DNA of 64,000 nt from Minisyncoccota bacterium (GCA_041666545.1 JBAYGS010000001.1:153942-217941); one strand, 5' to 3'; positions 19,531-31,314 are shown, numbered from the stretch's first letter. The notes: generated by a model not told the origin, from the sequence alone. Translations and numbers: made by a program.

Positions 19531-20256
19531 ATGCAAGACGATAAAGAGCGCAAGAATATTAATATCCCGGACTTCCAATTAAACCGAATCCCTCACACAA
19601 TCGATGACATTGTGGCCAGTCTCGGCCCCAAAGAACAGCACCGCCTATCAGTAATCCTACAGGAATTTGTCGATGGATTTTCTTTTATTCGTAAATACCC
19701 CAAGTCGGTCACCTTCTTCGGTTCAGCCCGCTTCCCGGAAGGCAATGTCCACTACGAAAAAGCTAAAAAGGTTGCTTCGGAAATTGTTAAGAAACTCGAC
19801 TATGCCATTATCACCGGCGGCGGTCCGGGAATCATGGAGGGCGCCAATCGTGGCGCCAAAGACGCCAACGGCAAATCGGTGGGGCTTTTGATCCAACTAC
19901 CCGAGGAGCAGGTTGCTAATCCTTATGTCAATGAATCCTTATCTTTTTATTATTTTTTCGTCCGAAAAGTCGTCCTGTCATTTTCCGCCGAAGCTTTTTT
20001 ATTTTTCCCAGGCGGATTCGGAACCTTTGACGAATTGTTTGAAATTTTAACCTTAATTCAAACACATAAAATCCCTTGGGCGCCGGTTATTCTCGTAGGC
20101 CAAGACTACTGGGCACCTATCGATAAAATGATCAAATCAGTCATGCTACATGAACATAAAACTATCGACGAACCGGATACCAGACTTTACACGATTACCG
20201 ACAGTGTGGATGAAATTTTGGAAATTATAAAGAGAGCTCCGTTAAGCCGAGTCTAG
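19531..20256 (+). CDS. LOG family Rossmann-fold nucleotide phosphoribohydrolase
   Basis: VTFFGSAR, TGGGPGIMEGANRGA, PGGFGTFDE. Confidence 0.92.
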   Translation: MQDDKERKNINIPDFQLNRIPHTIDDIVASLGPKEQHRLSVILQEFVDGFSFIRKYPKSVTFFGSARFPEGNVHYEKAKKVASEIVKKLDYAIITGGGPGIMEGANRGAKDANGKSVGLLIQLPEEQVANPYVNESLSFYYFFVRKVVLSFSAEAFLFFPGGFGTFDELFEILTLIQTHKIPWAPVILVGQDYWAPIDKMIKSVMLHEHKTIDEPDTRLYTITDSVDEILEIIKRAPLSRV

Positions 20257-20308
20257 AACGCGGAAAACAAAACAGCCCCGCCTTGTCGCAAGGCGGGGCT
20301 GTTTTTCT

Positions 20309-20704
20309 TTAACGCCCAATAATTTTCTTAACCGTATAAATCCCCGGACCAACCGTGGCAATCGATAAAGCGCAGAGCAGAAGCACAAAGTCATACTCCC
20401 AACCGCCGACAAAGCCCTTGCCAAGCTTAAAGAGTATAATGGCAAAAAGCATATTGATGGCCAGAAGCACACCGGTCCAATAAGTCCAGACTCCCAGAAG
20501 CATCGTGATTCCTCCAACAAACTCGACCAGCGCCACTACATAAGCCCAAAAACCCGCGACACCAACCATCGATTCGAAAAAGCTAACAGTCCCGGACATG
20601 TCGGTAAGCTTGAGCCAACCATGAATTATGAAGACAACCGCCAAAGCCAACCGCACCAAGAATAAGCCGAGATCTTGATTTTTGTATTGATTTAATTTCC
20701 GCAT
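20309..20704 (-). CDS. DoxX family membrane protein
   Basis: RLALAVVFIIHGWLK, EFVGG, GWEY, GPG.Y. Confidence 0.9.
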   Translation of the reverse strand: MRKLNQYKNQDLGLFLVRLALAVVFIIHGWLKLTDMSGTVSFFESMVGVAGFWAYVVALVEFVGGITMLLGVWTYWTGVLLAINMLFAIILFKLGKGFVGGWEYDFVLLLCALSIATVGPGIYTVKKIIGR

Positions 20705-20805
20705 TTAAAATTAAAATTAATGATAACCAACAAATTATACTAACTCCAACACTTTGCCACAACTGGCAAGCTGGAGCAGGCGGAGTTATAATTGAACCTC
20801 ATTAA

Positions 20806-22101
<1,296 letters not shown>

Positions 22102-22195
22102 AAGAAGAATGCCCCGCGATCGGAATCGCGGGGCGTTTTGTAAATTAAAACCCCCCTCAACTTCCGTCGAGGGGGGTGAATCGGCGTCGTCAGCT

Positions 22196-22789
22196 TTAGC
22201 GAGTGGTGGCTGAACAGCGTTCTTTGCGTTCGTCCCACCAGTTCATTATGCAGCTGGCTAAACCGCAGAAAATGGCGACCGAAATGACGGTACCGATAAA
22301 AATTGCCACATCCACAAGTACCCCCACCAGTAAACCTCCGACCACAGCAACAGCCGTACTGCGTTTGTCGAAACTGACATCCCAGCTAACCTTGCCACCA
22401 CCGAGGTACTTGAAATTGCTGGTGGAGACCACAAGTGCTTCAGGAGCATAACTGCGACTAGCTTGCAGCATAACCGCCCCTTGGCAGTTCCTGTATACAG
22501 CCTCATACTCCGAGATATAGACCAGGTACTGCCCGTCAAGTTCCTTGAACTTTCCGAACTCGATCGTGTCTCTGCCAAAGCGGAACAGGCAACCGTTGGT
22601 AGAGGCTTTGTCCCATTCAGAATAATTCGTAAAGACCTTTGAATTTTCCGGAAGCCAGAAGTGGCCCTCAACTTTTCCTTTCTCCGCCAGGTGCTGACTT
22701 TTACTGATCAGCTTCCAGATGCAATAGGCCGGGCAAGCAATCGCAACGATCAAAGCAATAGTCAAACCGATATTTTTCAGAGTCTTCAC
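22196..22789 (-). CDS. Orphan membrane protein (N- and C-terminal TMs)
   Basis: GTG start with AAGGA SD; IS30 inserted in its 5' region. Confidence 0.6.
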   Translation of the reverse strand: MKTLKNIGLTIALIVAIACPAYCIWKLISKSQHLAEKGKVEGHFWLPENSKVFTNYSEWDKASTNGCLFRFGRDTIEFGKFKELDGQYLVYISEYEAVYRNCQGAVMLQASRSYAPEALVVSTSNFKYLGGGKVSWDVSFDKRSTAVAVVGGLLVGVLVDVAIFIGTVISVAIFCGLASCIMNWWDERKERCSATTR

Positions 22790-22822
22790 TTGAGTTCCTT
22801 TCTTTTTTTGTTGTTTTTCCCC

Positions 22823-23830
22823 CAGATACCTTTGAAGTAGGACAGTTAGAATTAATGGACTAGCAATTAATCAACTGTCATATGAAATATCATCATTTGT
22901 CTTTTGAGGAGAGGTTTGCGATTGAGAAAATGTATCGCGCCGGTTCGGCTGTTCGTCAAATTGCCGAGTTTCTCGGTCGGAGCGCGAATACAATCAGCCG
23001 AGAAATACAGAAACACAGTGTTAATGGCATATATGATGCGACCAAAGCCAAACAGCGGGTTTCAATGAAAAGGTGACGAGCCAAGCGACAATGTTTGAAG
23101 GTGGCACTCTCAAGTTTCCTGTGTCTGTTTGTCGAAGAAAGACTGGAGAAGAAATGGTCACCCAAGCAAATCAGCGGGTACTTGAAAAGAGAGCTCGGAA
23201 TCAGTTGTTCTGCCAAGGCCATCTACAAATTTGCCGAGTCGAGAGGCCTGGAACACCTGCTCTTTTGGGGCTGGAACAATCACAAGGGCGGACGGAAACG
23301 GGGGCGGTGGAAAACCTTGAAAGACGGCCGGAAATATATCGATTCCCGCCCTGTCCGGAACGGACCGGGACACCTCGAGCTCGACTTCATTGTGTCAAAA
23401 GAAAGCTCGTGGGTACTTTTGGTCGCGGTGGACTTCGTGGCCAAGAAAACTTGGGTCAGGAAATTGCCCAACAGAAAACGCGACACGATTCGTGCCGCGC
23501 TTTCCGGTCTGTTCCACGGTGTTGCCTTGAGAAGTATCACCACGGACAATGACCTGGCTTTCACCTGCTGGAGAGAATTGGAAGCCCTCCTGCAGGTACC
23601 AATATATTTTACACACCCTTACCATTCTTGGGAAAAGGGCTTGGTTGAGAATACCAACCGTTGGATCAGATGTTTTGTGCCCAAAAGAAGAGACATCGGG
23701 TCAGTGACTGAGGAAGAGTTGCAGGAAATACAGTCCTTCCTAAACGACCGACCGAGAGAAATCATTGGTTTCCAGACACCTTCGGAGTATTATTACAAAC
23801 TTAACGAGTGTCCTACTTGAGGGGTAGCGG
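22823..23830 (+). mobile_element. IS30-family insertion sequence (~1.0 kb)
   Basis: Imperfect terminal IRs tacc..t.aagtaggaca / tgtcctactt.a..ggta around a transposase; exact ends uncertain by a few bp. Confidence 0.85.
22882..23820 (+). pseudogene. IS30 transposase interrupted by one in-frame TGA (23074-23076)
   Basis: HTH (LSFEER..IAEFLGRS..TISREI), WSPKQI, GHLELD, SITTDND, SWEKGLVENTN; both halves in the same frame. Confidence 0.85.
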
Positions 23831-23851
23831 GAGGTTACTTGTTCTCCACTT

Positions 23852-23881
23852 ATTATATCATACTTCGTAGCTAAATGTCAA
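23852..23881 (-). promoter_or_regulatory. Consensus sigma70 promoter pointing into the IS
   Basis: TTGACA-N18-TATAAT with extended TG. Confidence 0.7.
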
Positions 23882-23954
23882 GCGGTCGCGGTAAATTAAA
23901 AAACCGCCGAAGCTTACGCCTAGGCGGTTTGAGAGAACAAATCCACAACCCCTT

Positions 23955-24398
23955 TTAATGAAGACCCTCACCCAGTTCCTGCACAAAATAGTCCGTGATC
24001 TTTACGCAAGGAGATTCAAACATCCCCGAACCTGGACCGTCCCACAACCAATGGGTCCAGTACGTAAACTGCGTATCCCGGGGCCGAACCGCGGTCGAAC
24101 ACGCCACAATCTCAACCCAGGTTCTCGGAGAAGGCGCATCCTCATCTCCGACATGTGGTCCAACGGAAACTGTGCGACCATGCCGACAAATCGCGGCTTC
24201 CAACTCAAACTCCTTCTGCCGCTCGGCCTCAATCTCTCTGTCATCACCCCAAATGCTGGACACTGTCCAAACGAGATCCATTTCCCGAGGGTCAAAAGCC
24301 TGACCGAGCCTGGGGATAATCGCACCCTCAAGACTGAGAAGCATCTTCAGCAACTCCGGCAAGATTGACCCGTGTCGGACTCTTAGAACAAGGTTCAT
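23955..24398 (-). CDS. Orphan protein
   Basis: 147 aa, AGGAG SD, upstream promoter-like TTGATA..TATAAG, downstream hairpin. Confidence 0.55.
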   Translation of the reverse strand: MNLVLRVRHGSILPELLKMLLSLEGAIIPRLGQAFDPREMDLVWTVSSIWGDDREIEAERQKEFELEAAICRHGRTVSVGPHVGDEDAPSPRTWVEIVACSTAVRPRDTQFTYWTHWLWDGPGSGMFESPCVKITDYFVQELGEGLH

Positions 24399-24529
24399 TT
24401 TTTTCTCCTACTTGTATGGGCTGTATTTGTTGAATACGGTCCAGGTTTTCTTTTATCCTTATATCACATATCCATACAAAATATCAAGCCCTAGAAACCG
24501 GCCTCAAAATAGGCTAAAATATAGGCTCT

Positions 24530-26038
24530 ATGAACAAATCTAAACAAGTTGCTTTAATCGTCCTCGACGGCTGGGGTTATCGAGAGGACCCAAAAGATAA
24601 TGCCATCGCGGCCTCTAAAAAGCCGTTCTTCGACTCCCTTTGGCGAGATTACCCACACTCCCTACTTAAGGCTTCTGGCAACGCCGTGGGCCTCCCGGAA
24701 GGTCAGATGGGCAACAGCGAAGTCGGACATACCACGATCGGCGCCGGAAAAATTTGCGATACCGAACTTGTACGAATCGGCAAGTCAATTGAATCTGGCG
24801 AGTTTGATAAAAATCCAGCCTTCACTTCCCTATTCGAGCATGTCAAAAAACATGACTCGGTCCTGCATGCTCAAGGTCTGGTTTCTTCCGGCGGGGTCCA
24901 CAGCCACCAAGAGCATCTTTATGCTTTCCTGCGTCTAGCCAAAAAAGTTGGAATTAAAAAAGTTGCTATTCATGTTTTCACTGACGGCCGAGATACTGCC
25001 CCGCAAAGTGGCGCCGGTTATTTGAAAGACCTGGAAAAAGTTGTTGCCGAAGTTGGCAACGCTTTTATCGCCTCAATCTCCGGACGATTTTATGCCATGG
25101 ACCGAGATCAAAACTGGGACCGTCTGAAAAAAGCCGAAGAGGCAATTTTTGAATGCAAGGGTAATGTTTGCAGCATCAAGCCCTCCGCTTACCTTGAATC
25201 ACTTTATAAACAAAATCTTAAAGACGAACTCTTAGAACCAATTGTCTGCTTGGACGAAAAAGGTCAGGGTTGCGCTATCAGCAAAAATGACGGCGTGCTT
25301 TTCTTCAACTTCCGAGCTGACCGTGCCCGAATGCTCACCGAGAAAATTTTGGAGCGCCAAAAAGCCGACAATTTGGCGGTGGTCACTTTTTGCGAATACG
25401 ACCCGGATTACAAATGCCTGGTCGCCTTCCCGCCAATCAAAATCGAAACGACCTTGGCCGCTGAAATTTCCAAAGCCGGACTCACTCAAGCCCACATCGC
25501 CGAGACAGAAAAATTCCCTCACGCCACTTACTTTTTAAATGGCGGACGAGAAGAACCCTACAAAAACGAAAAGCACATTATGCTGCCGAGTCGCAAGGAT
25601 ATTAAGACTCACGACCAGGCTCCGAAAATGCGGGCCGAAGGAATTGCCGATAAGGCCGTTGAGGAAATCAAGGCCGGCGATGATTTTATTTTCATCAACT
25701 TTGCCAACCCAGACATGGTCGGCCACACCGCGAATGTCCCGGCAATTGTCGAGGCTATCGAGGAGACTGATCGGCAACTCAAGCGAGTTATCGAAGCCCT
25801 CACGGCTGCAGGCGGAGTCGCTTTTATCACAGCTGACCACGGTAATGCCGAAATCAATGTTGACCAGCAGACTGGAATCCCTCACACCTCGCACACCACG
25901 AACCCGGTCCCGGCCATTTTGACTTCTCACGATTACAAATTGAAAGATGGCGGACTCGCCGATATTGCCCCAACAATTTTGCAACTTTTAAATCTCGGGG
26001 CGCCGAAGAGTATGCTTGGCCAGAGTCTGATTAGCTAG
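24530..26038 (+). CDS. gpmI: 2,3-bisphosphoglycerate-independent phosphoglycerate mutase
   Basis: LDGWG, GQMGNSEVGH, DGRD, GRFYAMDRD, NPDMVGHT, TADHGN. Confidence 0.97.
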   Translation: MNKSKQVALIVLDGWGYREDPKDNAIAASKKPFFDSLWRDYPHSLLKASGNAVGLPEGQMGNSEVGHTTIGAGKICDTELVRIGKSIESGEFDKNPAFTSLFEHVKKHDSVLHAQGLVSSGGVHSHQEHLYAFLRLAKKVGIKKVAIHVFTDGRDTAPQSGAGYLKDLEKVVAEVGNAFIASISGRFYAMDRDQNWDRLKKAEEAIFECKGNVCSIKPSAYLESLYKQNLKDELLEPIVCLDEKGQGCAISKNDGVLFFNFRADRARMLTEKILERQKADNLAVVTFCEYDPDYKCLVAFPPIKIETTLAAEISKAGLTQAHIAETEKFPHATYFLNGGREEPYKNEKHIMLPSRKDIKTHDQAPKMRAEGIADKAVEEIKAGDDFIFINFANPDMVGHTANVPAIVEAIEETDRQLKRVIEALTAAGGVAFITADHGNAEINVDQQTGIPHTSHTTNPVPAILTSHDYKLKDGGLADIAPTILQLLNLGAPKSMLGQSLIS

Positions 26039-26044
26039 CTACTC

Positions 26045-26524
26045 CTAAAAAGCAAAAACCAGAAAAAGCGTTATAAAGGTGACAACAATCACCAGGTTTA
26101 TGATTATGCCCGCCAAAGTCCCGATAAGACTGCCCGTGGCCGCTTTTAGGGCCGATTTTGGCCCCCTACGACCATAAATCTCCCCTATTAGCACTCCCAG
26201 AAATAGGCCGGCCAAAGGCCCGAAAGGTAGCAAAAATGAGCCCACTAGGGCACCTATCAGGCCCCAAAGCATAGCCTGGCGGGAAGCTCCGCCATATCGC
26301 GCTCCTAAAAGTCCGGAAAATGAATCAACCAGAATTGAGATGAGCCAAAGCAAACCAAGAACACCCAACTCTTTGAAAGTTAAGGCCTTGAAGGAGCCGA
26401 GCGCGCTGAAAATTAAAGACACCAAAACCAGATAAGGCAGAGTCGGGGCAAAGGGAATAAAAACCAAACCCAAGGCTGGTAGCATCAAAACTGCAAAACC
26501 AATAATTAAAATTGTTTCAGTCAT
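26045..26524 (-). CDS. DUF456-like membrane protein
   Basis: Multi-TM, GARYGGAS, G.L.GLFLG.LIGE pattern. Confidence 0.75.
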   Translation of the reverse strand: MTETILIIGFAVLMLPALGLVFIPFAPTLPYLVLVSLIFSALGSFKALTFKELGVLGLLWLISILVDSFSGLLGARYGGASRQAMLWGLIGALVGSFLLPFGPLAGLFLGVLIGEIYGRRGPKSALKAATGSLIGTLAGIIINLVIVVTFITLFLVFAF

Positions 26525-27158
26525 TGTATTCTTCGGGAGTATTCTCGTCTAACCAACGATCGATTTTGTTATGAACAAAAATATAACTGGCCACACCCAA
26601 GATAAACATTACAAAAACGAAAATTCCATGTCGAACATTTTCAAATTTTGAAACCAGGACCAAAAATTGGCTATGGAAAATATAGCCGATGCCGGCATAA
26701 AGCAGAGTGTAAAGAACAATTGCGAAAAGATTGTAAATTTGAAATAGGTACGGTTTCATTTTCAGAGTACCGGCCATAATCGGGCCAACGAAACGGAAGA
26801 GAGGCAAAAACTTGGCCACGAAAACAAATTTCTTGAGGTGGGCGCGGACAAACTCCAGATTGCGGGTAATTTTTACCTTACCGGCATAGTAGCGAAGGGT
26901 CTTGATATGCTTATTGTTGCGCCTAGCCAAGCCGAACAAAATCGTATCGCTCAAAATCATTGCCACGACACAGACCAAGACTGCCGCGTAAAGGTTGAGT
27001 GAGCCGGTACTACTCACATAGCCCGCCGTAATTAGAACAATCTCCTCCGGGAAGAAAGTAATACCGCCCGAAAAAATCGCACTCAAAAAGATACCTAAGT
27101 AAGAAAGGTGTCCGGCGAAGGTTCCAATATCCGATAACTGTTCCGGCCCAAAACTCAT
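26517..27158 (-). CDS. DedA/SNARE-associated family membrane protein
   Basis: PEEIVLITAG, KFLPLFR, AG.LKM. Confidence 0.85.
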   Translation of the reverse strand: MSFGPEQLSDIGTFAGHLSYLGIFLSAIFSGGITFFPEEIVLITAGYVSSTGSLNLYAAVLVCVVAMILSDTILFGLARRNNKHIKTLRYYAGKVKITRNLEFVRAHLKKFVFVAKFLPLFRFVGPIMAGTLKMKPYLFQIYNLFAIVLYTLLYAGIGYIFHSQFLVLVSKFENVRHGIFVFVMFILGVASYIFVHNKIDRWLDENTPEEYND

Positions 27159-27174
27159 AGGCTATTATGATAGC

Positions 27175-27295
27175 ATCCCGTTAGAGATAGGTCATCCCGG
27201 ATGACCGTCACGTGGGGATAACCACTTTATTTTGAGAGAGTATGTAAAATTTGGAGCCGCAATAATGTACAGAACAAAAATATCTCTAACGGGAT
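27175..27295 (+). mobile_element. ~120-bp inverted-end element, copy 1
   Basis: atcccgttagagata...tatctctaacgggat; hairpin ggtcatcc-c-ggatgacc; agc duplicated on both flanks. Confidence 0.85.
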
Positions 27296-27323
27296 AGCAC
27301 ATTCGAACCCTACCCTGTCCGCA

Positions 27324-28508
27324 TCAGCTTAAATGCTCAATTCGCAGACCGACTAGACGAATCGGCTGACCGTATTTATTTTCTCTTTTGTCCAAAAACA
27401 TCAAAAGAGTCTTAACTGCCCACTTTTCGAGCGCCTCTTCAGAATCAGTTGGAACAGTGAAAGTTTTTGATCTGGTCTTAGTTGTAAAATCCGAAAAACG
27501 CACCGTAAGCACCGCGGTTTTAAAACTCTGAAAACCGCCGGTTTTTAATCTGACACAAATCTTCCTGGCCATTTCTTCGATTCTCGGCAATAACTGACCA
27601 AGCTCATTCGAATCCTCCGGCAAGGTCTCGTGCTGGCCGATCGATTTGGCCGCCTCGACAACTTCAATCGGCCGGAGGTCAATCCCCCTCAATCTTCCGA
27701 ACAGCTCGTGGCCAAATTTGCCGAAAATATCAATCATTTCCGCTAAAGATAGCTCTCTGGCCTTGGCAACACTTGAAATCCGTCTTTTTTTGAAGGCCAA
27801 ATCAGCTTTCGGCCCGATTCCTGGAATCGAACGCAGGGGCACTTGTTCGATAAACTTTCCCGCCTCGCCAGTTTCGACTACCGTCAAACCATCAGGTTTT
27901 TTAAAATCGGAGGCAATTTTGGCAATCAATTTGTTGGGGCCAAGGCCAATCGAGCAAGTCAGTTTTTCCTGTTTTTTAATTTCCAACTTAATCGCAGTGG
28001 CAATTTTTCGAGCTTTGGCGAAACTGCCGGCAAAACTTAAATCAAGATACATCTCGTCAATTCCGGCACTCTCAAGAATTGGCTCTCGACTATCAGCCCC
28101 ATTTTTAAGTAGGGTGGCCAAGGCTAAGGCACCAATCCTCTCCGAAGTAGTTTCGTAAGCGTGAAAGTTGGTCGAAAGAAAAATCACCTCCGGCTCACCG
28201 CGCTTTTTGGCCTCCTTGGCCAACTGCCAAGCGCGAGAAATTGGAATGGCCGAGCGAATCCCATATTTTCGGGCCAAATAATTGGCGGTTGAAACCACTC
28301 CCCGACCTCGACCACCGTTTGGATCCGAGCCAACCACAATTGGTCGACCAGAAAGATACGGTCGGTCTCTTTCTTCAACCGAAGCGAAAAAAGCATCCAT
28401 ATCAAGATGGGCGATGATTCTTTTCGGATTATTTTTTAGTTCCGGCAGGATTGGCTCGAAAAGAGTTTTCTGCTGGCGATTTTTTCTGACTCCTCGGCTT
28501 TTGACCAT
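27324..28508 (-). CDS. dinB: DNA polymerase IV (Y family)
   Basis: HLDMDAFFASVE, STANY.AR.YG, GIDE, AKIASD..KPDG. Confidence 0.95.
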   Translation of the reverse strand: MVKSRGVRKNRQQKTLFEPILPELKNNPKRIIAHLDMDAFFASVEERDRPYLSGRPIVVGSDPNGGRGRGVVSTANYLARKYGIRSAIPISRAWQLAKEAKKRGEPEVIFLSTNFHAYETTSERIGALALATLLKNGADSREPILESAGIDEMYLDLSFAGSFAKARKIATAIKLEIKKQEKLTCSIGLGPNKLIAKIASDFKKPDGLTVVETGEAGKFIEQVPLRSIPGIGPKADLAFKKRRISSVAKARELSLAEMIDIFGKFGHELFGRLRGIDLRPIEVVEAAKSIGQHETLPEDSNELGQLLPRIEEMARKICVRLKTGGFQSFKTAVLTVRFSDFTTKTRSKTFTVPTDSEEALEKWAVKTLLMFLDKRENKYGQPIRLVGLRIEHLS

Positions 28509-28577
28509 ACTGTCATTTTACACCAATCAGATTATCGCAGTGAATACAAAAAACCGGCGCCCGCCGGTTTTTGGTGA

Positions 28578-29864
28578 CTAATTTTTTGGCTCAACAATTT
28601 CGATGTTGATTCGATTTTCCTCGTCCGGCAAATTACTCTTCCAGAAAGGTCGGACTGAGACCGAAGCATCTTTAATGCCAGGATAGTTGGCAAAGACTCG
28701 GCTAGTGTCAGACTTTACCAAGCCGACCAAATCGGTTTTCAAGGCCTTAGTATCAACACTCCACACGATTATCGGCTGACCCTTCAAAGTAAAGGTTAGG
28801 GCCTGATCACTCCCGGTCTTGCCGGCACCTTGGCTAACCAGGGCGAATTTCAGGTCGGCTAGATTGGCGATTTCGACGGGTTTCTTATCGAATGTAGCCA
28901 GAGTCGATTCCGCCACAGCCCGAGCCAAGCGACCAGACTCGATAATCACAGCTTTAAGTTCACCGGTTTCGCCGACTGACGCCGTATTTTTATCAACCGT
29001 AGCAATCGGGGTTGGCGTAAAACCAATCTTGATGGTCTCATTGAAAATTGTGAAGCCTTGAGGAATAGATTTTTTTACCTCGGCGCGCAAAGCCTCATTA
29101 AGGCGAGCCTCAACTTTGGCAAGGGCGGCAATTCGATCGGCCTCCTCAACTTTTTTCACCGTGCCAACAAAACCGCCGATCATAGTAGTCTTGGAACGGG
29201 CATAAAAACCCTGATACCTTGGATCACCCTTGAAGCCCGGGATTGTAAAATCAACCAGGCCGAGATTGTATTTCTCTCCGGCTTCATCAGCATAAACAGT
29301 TGTCTCCACACTGCCCGGCACATAAACTCCGCCACTCTTGGTTCGACCCGGCACAGTCACCGAATCATGGATGCGATAGACTAGACCTTCGGCAGTCTGG
29401 AAGCGGGTATTTTTAATTAGCCTCTGTGTTGCCCCACTGTAGTTGTTGTAAATGATGATCTGACCGGAGGCACTTTGCGAAACCGCTTCCTCGCCGTTGG
29501 CCTTGACTTCCTCGCTATCGCTTTTTTTCAGTGACAACTCTTGGTAGATTAAATTACTATCGCTCACTGATTCCGGATAGGCCACAAAAGAAGCGTCTAG
29601 ATTTGCCGTCGCTGATTTTGGATTGATACTAATTTTCGCGCTTGAGAATAAGGACATGAAAGCGGCCGCGGCAAAAATCACGGCCAAGCCGGCCAAACCC
29701 CAAAGCACTTTACGAGCTAGTCCAGAATGTCGGTCGTCATCGGGCATCTGCAGGCGGTCACTGCGCTTCATTACCGGTCGAACTTTCCGGCCGTTAGGCA
29801 GAGGAATCTTGCGAATACTTCGCTCATTTGGTGGCAAAACATCTTGTAAAATATTTTTAGGCAT
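28578..29864 (-). CDS. Membrane-anchored baseplate J/gp47-like domain protein (CPR-type)
   Basis: Single TM, ASGQIIIYN, TRF, A..AGEKYN, MIGGF motifs. Confidence 0.65.
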   Translation of the reverse strand: MPKNILQDVLPPNERSIRKIPLPNGRKVRPVMKRSDRLQMPDDDRHSGLARKVLWGLAGLAVIFAAAAFMSLFSSAKISINPKSATANLDASFVAYPESVSDSNLIYQELSLKKSDSEEVKANGEEAVSQSASGQIIIYNNYSGATQRLIKNTRFQTAEGLVYRIHDSVTVPGRTKSGGVYVPGSVETTVYADEAGEKYNLGLVDFTIPGFKGDPRYQGFYARSKTTMIGGFVGTVKKVEEADRIAALAKVEARLNEALRAEVKKSIPQGFTIFNETIKIGFTPTPIATVDKNTASVGETGELKAVIIESGRLARAVAESTLATFDKKPVEIANLADLKFALVSQGAGKTGSDQALTFTLKGQPIIVWSVDTKALKTDLVGLVKSDTSRVFANYPGIKDASVSVRPFWKSNLPDEENRINIEIVEPKN

Positions 29865-29943
29865 AATTAAAATGGCAAAAGAGGTTATTTCCTAAATTTT
29901 AACACAGGTCTAGATAATTCTCGCCTGTGCATAAGTCGCACCC

Positions 29944-31167
29944 CTAAAGACTATTTAGAAAAATGGTATGTAGGATTGAAAACGGGTCGATTTGGGCCTT
30001 TTTGCCGAGTCGACAAAATTGCCGAAGATCGGCAACCGAGACAACCTTGACCGAGAAAGTCTGCTCGAGTGCGGCAAACTGAGTAAACTTGGCACTCTTA
30101 ACCCATAGAACTAAAGTTTCCATAAATTCCTCGTGGGTAATCAAAAAAAGTTTTTCCGGCAAAACTTCGTTGGCACCGAGCCGTTTCAGGGCCGAATCAA
30201 ACTGCCTGAGCCATGCCAATTTAGTTTCTTCGTTGGCTTCTTTAAGGGCAAGCGGTGTTTTGACTTCTTCAGTCGGCGAATTGACCAAGCGTTCTTGGTG
30301 CATTTTGATTGACGAAATTGCCACCGAGTTCGGCGCTCCGGCCGCCTTGGCCACCGCCCGAACTAGAGAGTTACCGCCAAGCGGATATGAGACCGCCTCA
30401 TGCAAAATTCCATCCCGAACCAACCAGATTTCAGTGACTTCACCACCAATCTCAACCAAAAGAAAATCGGTTTCGGAATGAAAAATATTTCGGAGGGCCG
30501 AAAAGCTAGACAAAGTGAAGGTGTGAAATTTAGGTAAGACACCGAGAAACTCTCGCGCCACCATCTCCTGAATTTTTTGGAGTAAATCAGCCGGAGCCAC
30601 ACTCAAGAAAAGTGTTAGAGCCAATTCATCCGCTTCTTTCCCGTATGGCTTGGCGGTTTCGTAGCCGTTGAGCTTCAATTGGATGACGTGTTTTTCCAGC
30701 TTCACCATTTGCCGACCACCGTGCTCGCCAAAATCACTCGCCTCCTCCACGGTCAAAAACCGGCTCTCCTCACCCTCTATCAATTTGGCGACCAGATTTG
30801 GCGTAACTTCAAAAGGTTTGTCTTGTCGCATCACTAGTCTTTTCGTTTCTGAAGCAAACCACGGTGAGGATAAAATGCAGTGAGCTTGCCTAATCTTCCC
30901 AGCACCAAAACGAGTAAAATGCAGGTGCTCCAGGCCCTCTCTAGAAATTCTTTTTAAAACACGATTCAAGGTCTCGAGCGTCAATATCGCAAAACGCTTT
31001 GGGTCCCGATTTGGCTCGATTGGAATCGGCTCTCGATAAGTGTAGACAACCTCCGGCCGGTCAATTTTAGAAATTTTTGAAATGGTGGCCGCGATACTTG
31101 AACTGCCAATTTCCAAAATCAAATTAACTTCTTCCTTTGGCTGTCTTCTGAAAGGGAAAAAATTCAT
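29944..31167 (-). CDS. FtsA/PilM-like actin-fold protein (degenerate)
   Basis: LEIGSSSI and LVEIGGEVTEI phosphate loops, LNGY, PLGGNSL. Confidence 0.65.
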   Translation of the reverse strand: MNFFPFRRQPKEEVNLILEIGSSSIAATISKISKIDRPEVVYTYREPIPIEPNRDPKRFAILTLETLNRVLKRISREGLEHLHFTRFGAGKIRQAHCILSSPWFASETKRLVMRQDKPFEVTPNLVAKLIEGEESRFLTVEEASDFGEHGGRQMVKLEKHVIQLKLNGYETAKPYGKEADELALTLFLSVAPADLLQKIQEMVAREFLGVLPKFHTFTLSSFSALRNIFHSETDFLLVEIGGEVTEIWLVRDGILHEAVSYPLGGNSLVRAVAKAAGAPNSVAISSIKMHQERLVNSPTEEVKTPLALKEANEETKLAWLRQFDSALKRLGANEVLPEKLFLITHEEFMETLVLWVKSAKFTQFAALEQTFSVKVVSVADLRQFCRLGKKAQIDPFSILHTIFLNSL

Positions 31168-31314
31168 TTATAAATTATAACATGAAGACTGGCGGTTGAA
31201 CTGTGAATACTTGTCGCCACCTACGACTAACTTGTGATGTTTGACAAATTTCCTTAATTATGTATTATTTAGAGAGCAGCTCCTTGAGAAAAACAATCAA
31301 AAAATGAGGAAATT

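Noticed and set aside
20269-20306. GC-rich hairpins at about 9945, 20270, 22110, 22145, 47355, 51945 and 53565 as novel repeats
   Set aside because: Their position after stop codons and their A/T tails are fully explained by intrinsic terminators
23074-23076. Alternative genetic code (TGA read as Gly or Trp)
   Set aside because: TGA terminates uvrB, dinB and the transposase itself, and core genes are uninterrupted under code 11
27175-27295. Integron attC sites (GTTAG/CTAAC motifs in the ~120-bp elements)
   Set aside because: The order is inside-out relative to attC (RYYYAAC...GTTRRRY), copies are isolated rather than in cassette arrays, and no integron integrase is present
28578-29864. Prophage suggested by the baseplate-J-like and sigma-like ORFs
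   Set aside because: No integrase, terminase, capsid or tail genes; the ORFs are scattered among housekeeping genes
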